DNA from: the human T2T-CHM13v2.0 reference genome, Homo sapiens
Strand: one strand, 5' to 3'
Length of the DNA: 64,000 nt
Assembly (NCBI RefSeq): GCF_009914755.1
Contig: NC_060942.1
Part shown: one piece after another, positions 60,511-64,000 of the stretch
Position numbering within the stretch: position 1 is the stretch's first letter
How the letters are laid out: each line of letters opens with the position of its first letter
Notes under the pieces: generated by a model
The model's database searches: none
What the model saw: the letters and a program-made list of their open reading frames with translations, nothing else
Told to the model about the DNA's origin: nothing
Made by a program: the position numbers and the translations under genes

Positions 60511-62687
60511 ACAGGCCAGAGCATTCAGCCATGGACTAACTCCCCAGAAATGACATTATTGATTATTCTTGTCATAGCAAAGTACAAATATTAAAGGTAT
60601 TAACATTTACCATACCATGCATGGGAATTGTGCTTAGATAGGAAGAGACAACTGATCCCTTTAACAGAAATATTTGGAATTCAGAAATATTCCTTTTAAA
60701 CATTAGTCTTGTCCTTTGAGGCACAAGCCACAGCCTATCTAAGAAAGCAAATTCTATAGAGGATGATCTATTTACCCATGACTATTCAAATAGTCTCAGG
60801 CTATGGTGGAAGGTGTAGGTTTATGAGTTTTTAGACTGTGAGCCTAGTTTGTAGGTGCTAAAGCCTATAAGAATAGACTGTTATAATTAATATGTTCTAA
60901 TTTTGCAACACCTTTAAAAACCTCCTGCTGGAAATTAAGGTCCAACCTTCAGGATAAATAATAGCATCCCGTGGCAGGCCACCCGCTGTAATTGTTGTTA
61001 TCCTTGGTCTTGGGACTCATTTTATCTTCAATGCATCATTGGCACTTGTGATCTTTGTTTCTAAAAAAATGGCTTAAATCCTGGCAGAGAAAGCCTCTGG
61101 AAGTAAGTGTAGATGAATTTCATCTGCTGCGGGGTTCATTTAACAAATAAGCCACCCTCATTTCCCTCTCCCATGAGTTTTCAGAGAAAGAAGGGAGAAA
61201 AATGGGGCAATCAATATTACTGGAAAGAAAAATATATATATAAGATTAGACAAGACTATTGCCTCACTAATTTGTGCGCTACTTCAGGAAAAGGGAGTCA
61301 TAACTCTTTCTCAATGATTTTAGAAAGTGTATAATTAAGGCCAAAGTTGATCATGAAATTTGCTAGAAACCAAAAAAAAAAAGAAAAATGCACCTGGAAA
61401 AAAATCACTTGCCTTGAGACTGAACACGGGCAACTGTCCATGCCGACAGGCCACTGAACTGTTAAAGGCTAGCAACTGGGCATAAAATCAGAAACAGAAA
61501 TTAGAGATTTGATGTGTGGATCTCAAATGCTACAAAGGAAAAGATCATTTTATTTTAAAATTACTAGTCTACAAAAGTGACAGTAATTGGAATAGACGTC
61601 TGTATTTGCTTCAAAATTCATATAAATTTCAGAGACAGTTTTATCAGTACACATTTTTTGCTTTCCAAATAATTTCTGTGTATTTTTATTAAATCTTCAT
61701 ATCACTGAGATAGGGCTCCCCAGATTTTTTTCTCAATGGCTGTGTGTGCACTTGCGTCTGATGATAATAAGAGTTCTATTTGTGCCTGGAGAAGCTTCAG
61801 CCTAATAATGGCAGAGTCGAGCGATACATCTGTCATTGCTACAACCAAAGCTCCCACATCTAACCACTGGAGGGTCATAATAGTCCTTCCTTCATATTGC
61901 AGCTACCACTGAAAACACCCCAGCTGCATAAACTGGGGACTTTTCCACCACACAGAAGAAATGAATAAAGAGCTTCTAATGCCATTAAATTAAAATAGAC
62001 TTTAGCTATGAAGTGTAATTCACAAAGACTATCATTGACTCTAACGGGGGCACCTTTTTTTGTTCATTGCTATAATATTTTATCAGTAATTGTAGGTCTT
62101 TTTTGATCACAAGAGACTTCAATTTCATTTTCTTTTCCAAAATATAAGGCTAAAAATGTAGCCAGCAGGGACTGGTCAACCAGGGGCCCACTGGGTGAGC
62201 TGCGTCCAGTGAAAACTCATTAATCTGGCAGTTTAGAAATTCTCCCTTACATAGTATGCAGGAAAAACATTTTGGCTTAGATATTTTTCCTCCTTCTCTA
62301 GTATCACTCTAACTTCCTGGAAAAGGCAACAAAGAACTTAAGTAAGGCAGTCAGTTAGAAGCTTGATTAGCTTCAGGAAAAGCTCTTAGCTGTGAAGAAA
62401 AACAACCACTGGAACATGAAGGCAGAAATGGTGAAAAACATAATTTAAAGGTACATTTCCTGATTTGTGAGGGGCCCTATTCTTGGGGCTCAGATGTACC
62501 AGGCACAAGGGACAGCCAGATATGCCTGCCCCCAACCCCCATCTTGGTTGTTTTGGGGCACAGGTTAAAGAAGAAGAAATGGCAAATTCTAGAAGTGAGG
62601 CCAGAGGAAGTCGAGGTGAGTAATCAATTCTTGTATCAAGGCAGGCTTTTCCTTACAGCAACAACAGTAACAATGGTGGCTACAACG

Positions 62688-62852
62688 TATTTTTAATTTT
62701 TTTTAGAGACAAGGTCTTGCTCTACCACCCAGGCTGGAGCGCAGTAGTGTGATCACAGCTCTCTGCAGCCTCGAACTCCTGGGCTCAAGCAACCCTCTCT
62801 CCTCAACCTCCCAAAGTGCTGGGATTACGGGCATGAGCCACCGCGCCCAGCC
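62688..62852 (-). mobile_element. FRAM/FAM-like Alu monomer inserted in a MIR
   Basis: Single arm; TSD gtggctac at 62676 and 62854. MIR continues to ~62980. Confidence 0.82.
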
Positions 62853-63753
62853 CGTGGCTACCATTTATTGACTACCTTCTACCGGCCAGCCTTTTTTAGA
62901 TGGACAATCTGAGGCTTCGAGAGGTAAAGGAATTTGCCAAAAGCCATGCAGTCATTCAGCTCCTGGCCTCTCTGACACCAGGACTGTTCCAGGGGCATGA
63001 ATAAAATGTTTCCCAGTTTTAAAATACTATCCCCGCAATTTCTTCAGTGTTTCTTTGCTGTCCTCTCCCCCAAAAAATATGCCTCACAACTTTATCCCCT
63101 TAACTATGGGGATACTGAGAGCATTCCCAATGGCTCCGTGGGTGAGTAGCTTGACTTCCCTGTCACAAAAGATTGTACTACATCCAGCAGAGTTACAGAA
63201 GTAGCATGGTCTTTAGATTTTGGAGATTTGGTTTTGAGTATTGGATACTGCATATTCCTTCCTTCCTTTATTCAAGAAATATTTATTATTGAGTGTCAAA
63301 AGTTAACTTATTATGAAGCTAATGGAAATGGTCTTCAAGGCTCTGTACCTGCACAGACCCTCCCCAAAGTCTTGGGAGAGGCTCTATCAATGTACTCATT
63401 TGGTCAGACGTTTTTGTGAAACTTGTAATAAGACCTTTTCACCAGAATCAGTTAAGACCACTGTCTCTTTCCTCTCAGACTTTCCCTTGTGTTTCCTGGG
63501 AATGGAGGGCTGAAGGCGTTGCTGGGGTTCTGGCTGAAGGAAAGCTGATTGAGGACGCATTTAGTCTGGGTTTCATGGGTTCTCTGTGTGTAGTTCCCAG
63601 TCACTTTCGTGGGTGGTCAGGCCATTACTAACCACCCTGGGATAGGAAGGTTTCCAGCAATACTCCTACTGCCTGCTGCATCAATCTACCCAGGGTTTTG
63701 CCACGAAAGTGCAAGGCCAGAGGTCATAGTGGACTGTGAATATGTCCTACAGT

Positions 63754-64000
63754 TGACATGGTTTGGCTGTGTCCTCACCCAAATCTCACTGTGAATTGTA
63801 GCTCCCATAATTTCCACATCTTGTGGGAGGGACCTGGTGGGAGATAATTGAATCATGGGGACAGGTCCCCCATGCAGTTCTCCTGGTAGCAAATAAGTCT
63901 CATGAGATCTGATGGTTTTACAAGGGGTTTCCCCTTTTGCTTCATTCTCATTCTTTCTCTTGTCTGCTGCCATGTAAGACGTGCCGTTTGCCTTCCATCA
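63754..64000 (+). mobile_element. THE1C/D-like LTR (runs off the window)
   Basis: tgacatggtttggctgtgtcctcacccaaatctcac...gaattgtagctccc. Confidence 0.9.

Overview
This is primate (probably human or great-ape) non-coding genomic DNA, intergenic or deep intronic, and roughly half of it is interspersed repeats. These include about 20 Alu elements or monomers (J and S types; none I could call AluY), nested L1 fragments (L1PA, L1PB, L1MA, L1MB and L1ME-like), about 14 LTR remnants (MER4-group/ERV1, ERVL, MaLR THE1/MST/MLT1), hAT DNA-transposon relics (MER53, MER63, MER5), L2 and MIR fragments, and microsatellites. I find no credible protein-coding gene, RNA gene or CRISPR array. The listed ORFs are Alu-, L1-, LTR- or low-complexity-derived, or chance ORFs. 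I did not find a convincing new biological system. The most notable structure the repeat annotation does not explain is a ~330-bp non-tandem local duplication (11969-12616 vs 13878-14205); one copy carries an Alu and the other preserves the empty pre-insertion site, next to an RFX/octamer/GC-box motif cluster. Other items worth a look are a solo LTR inside a GGAA microsatellite beside twin AP-1 sites, an LTR splitting an Alu, three-level LTR nesting, a tiny TSD-flanked poly(A) insertion next to a 21-bp perfect inverted repeat, and several candidate enhancers and exons. Subfamily names are recognised by eye and need RepeatMasker/Dfam confirmation.
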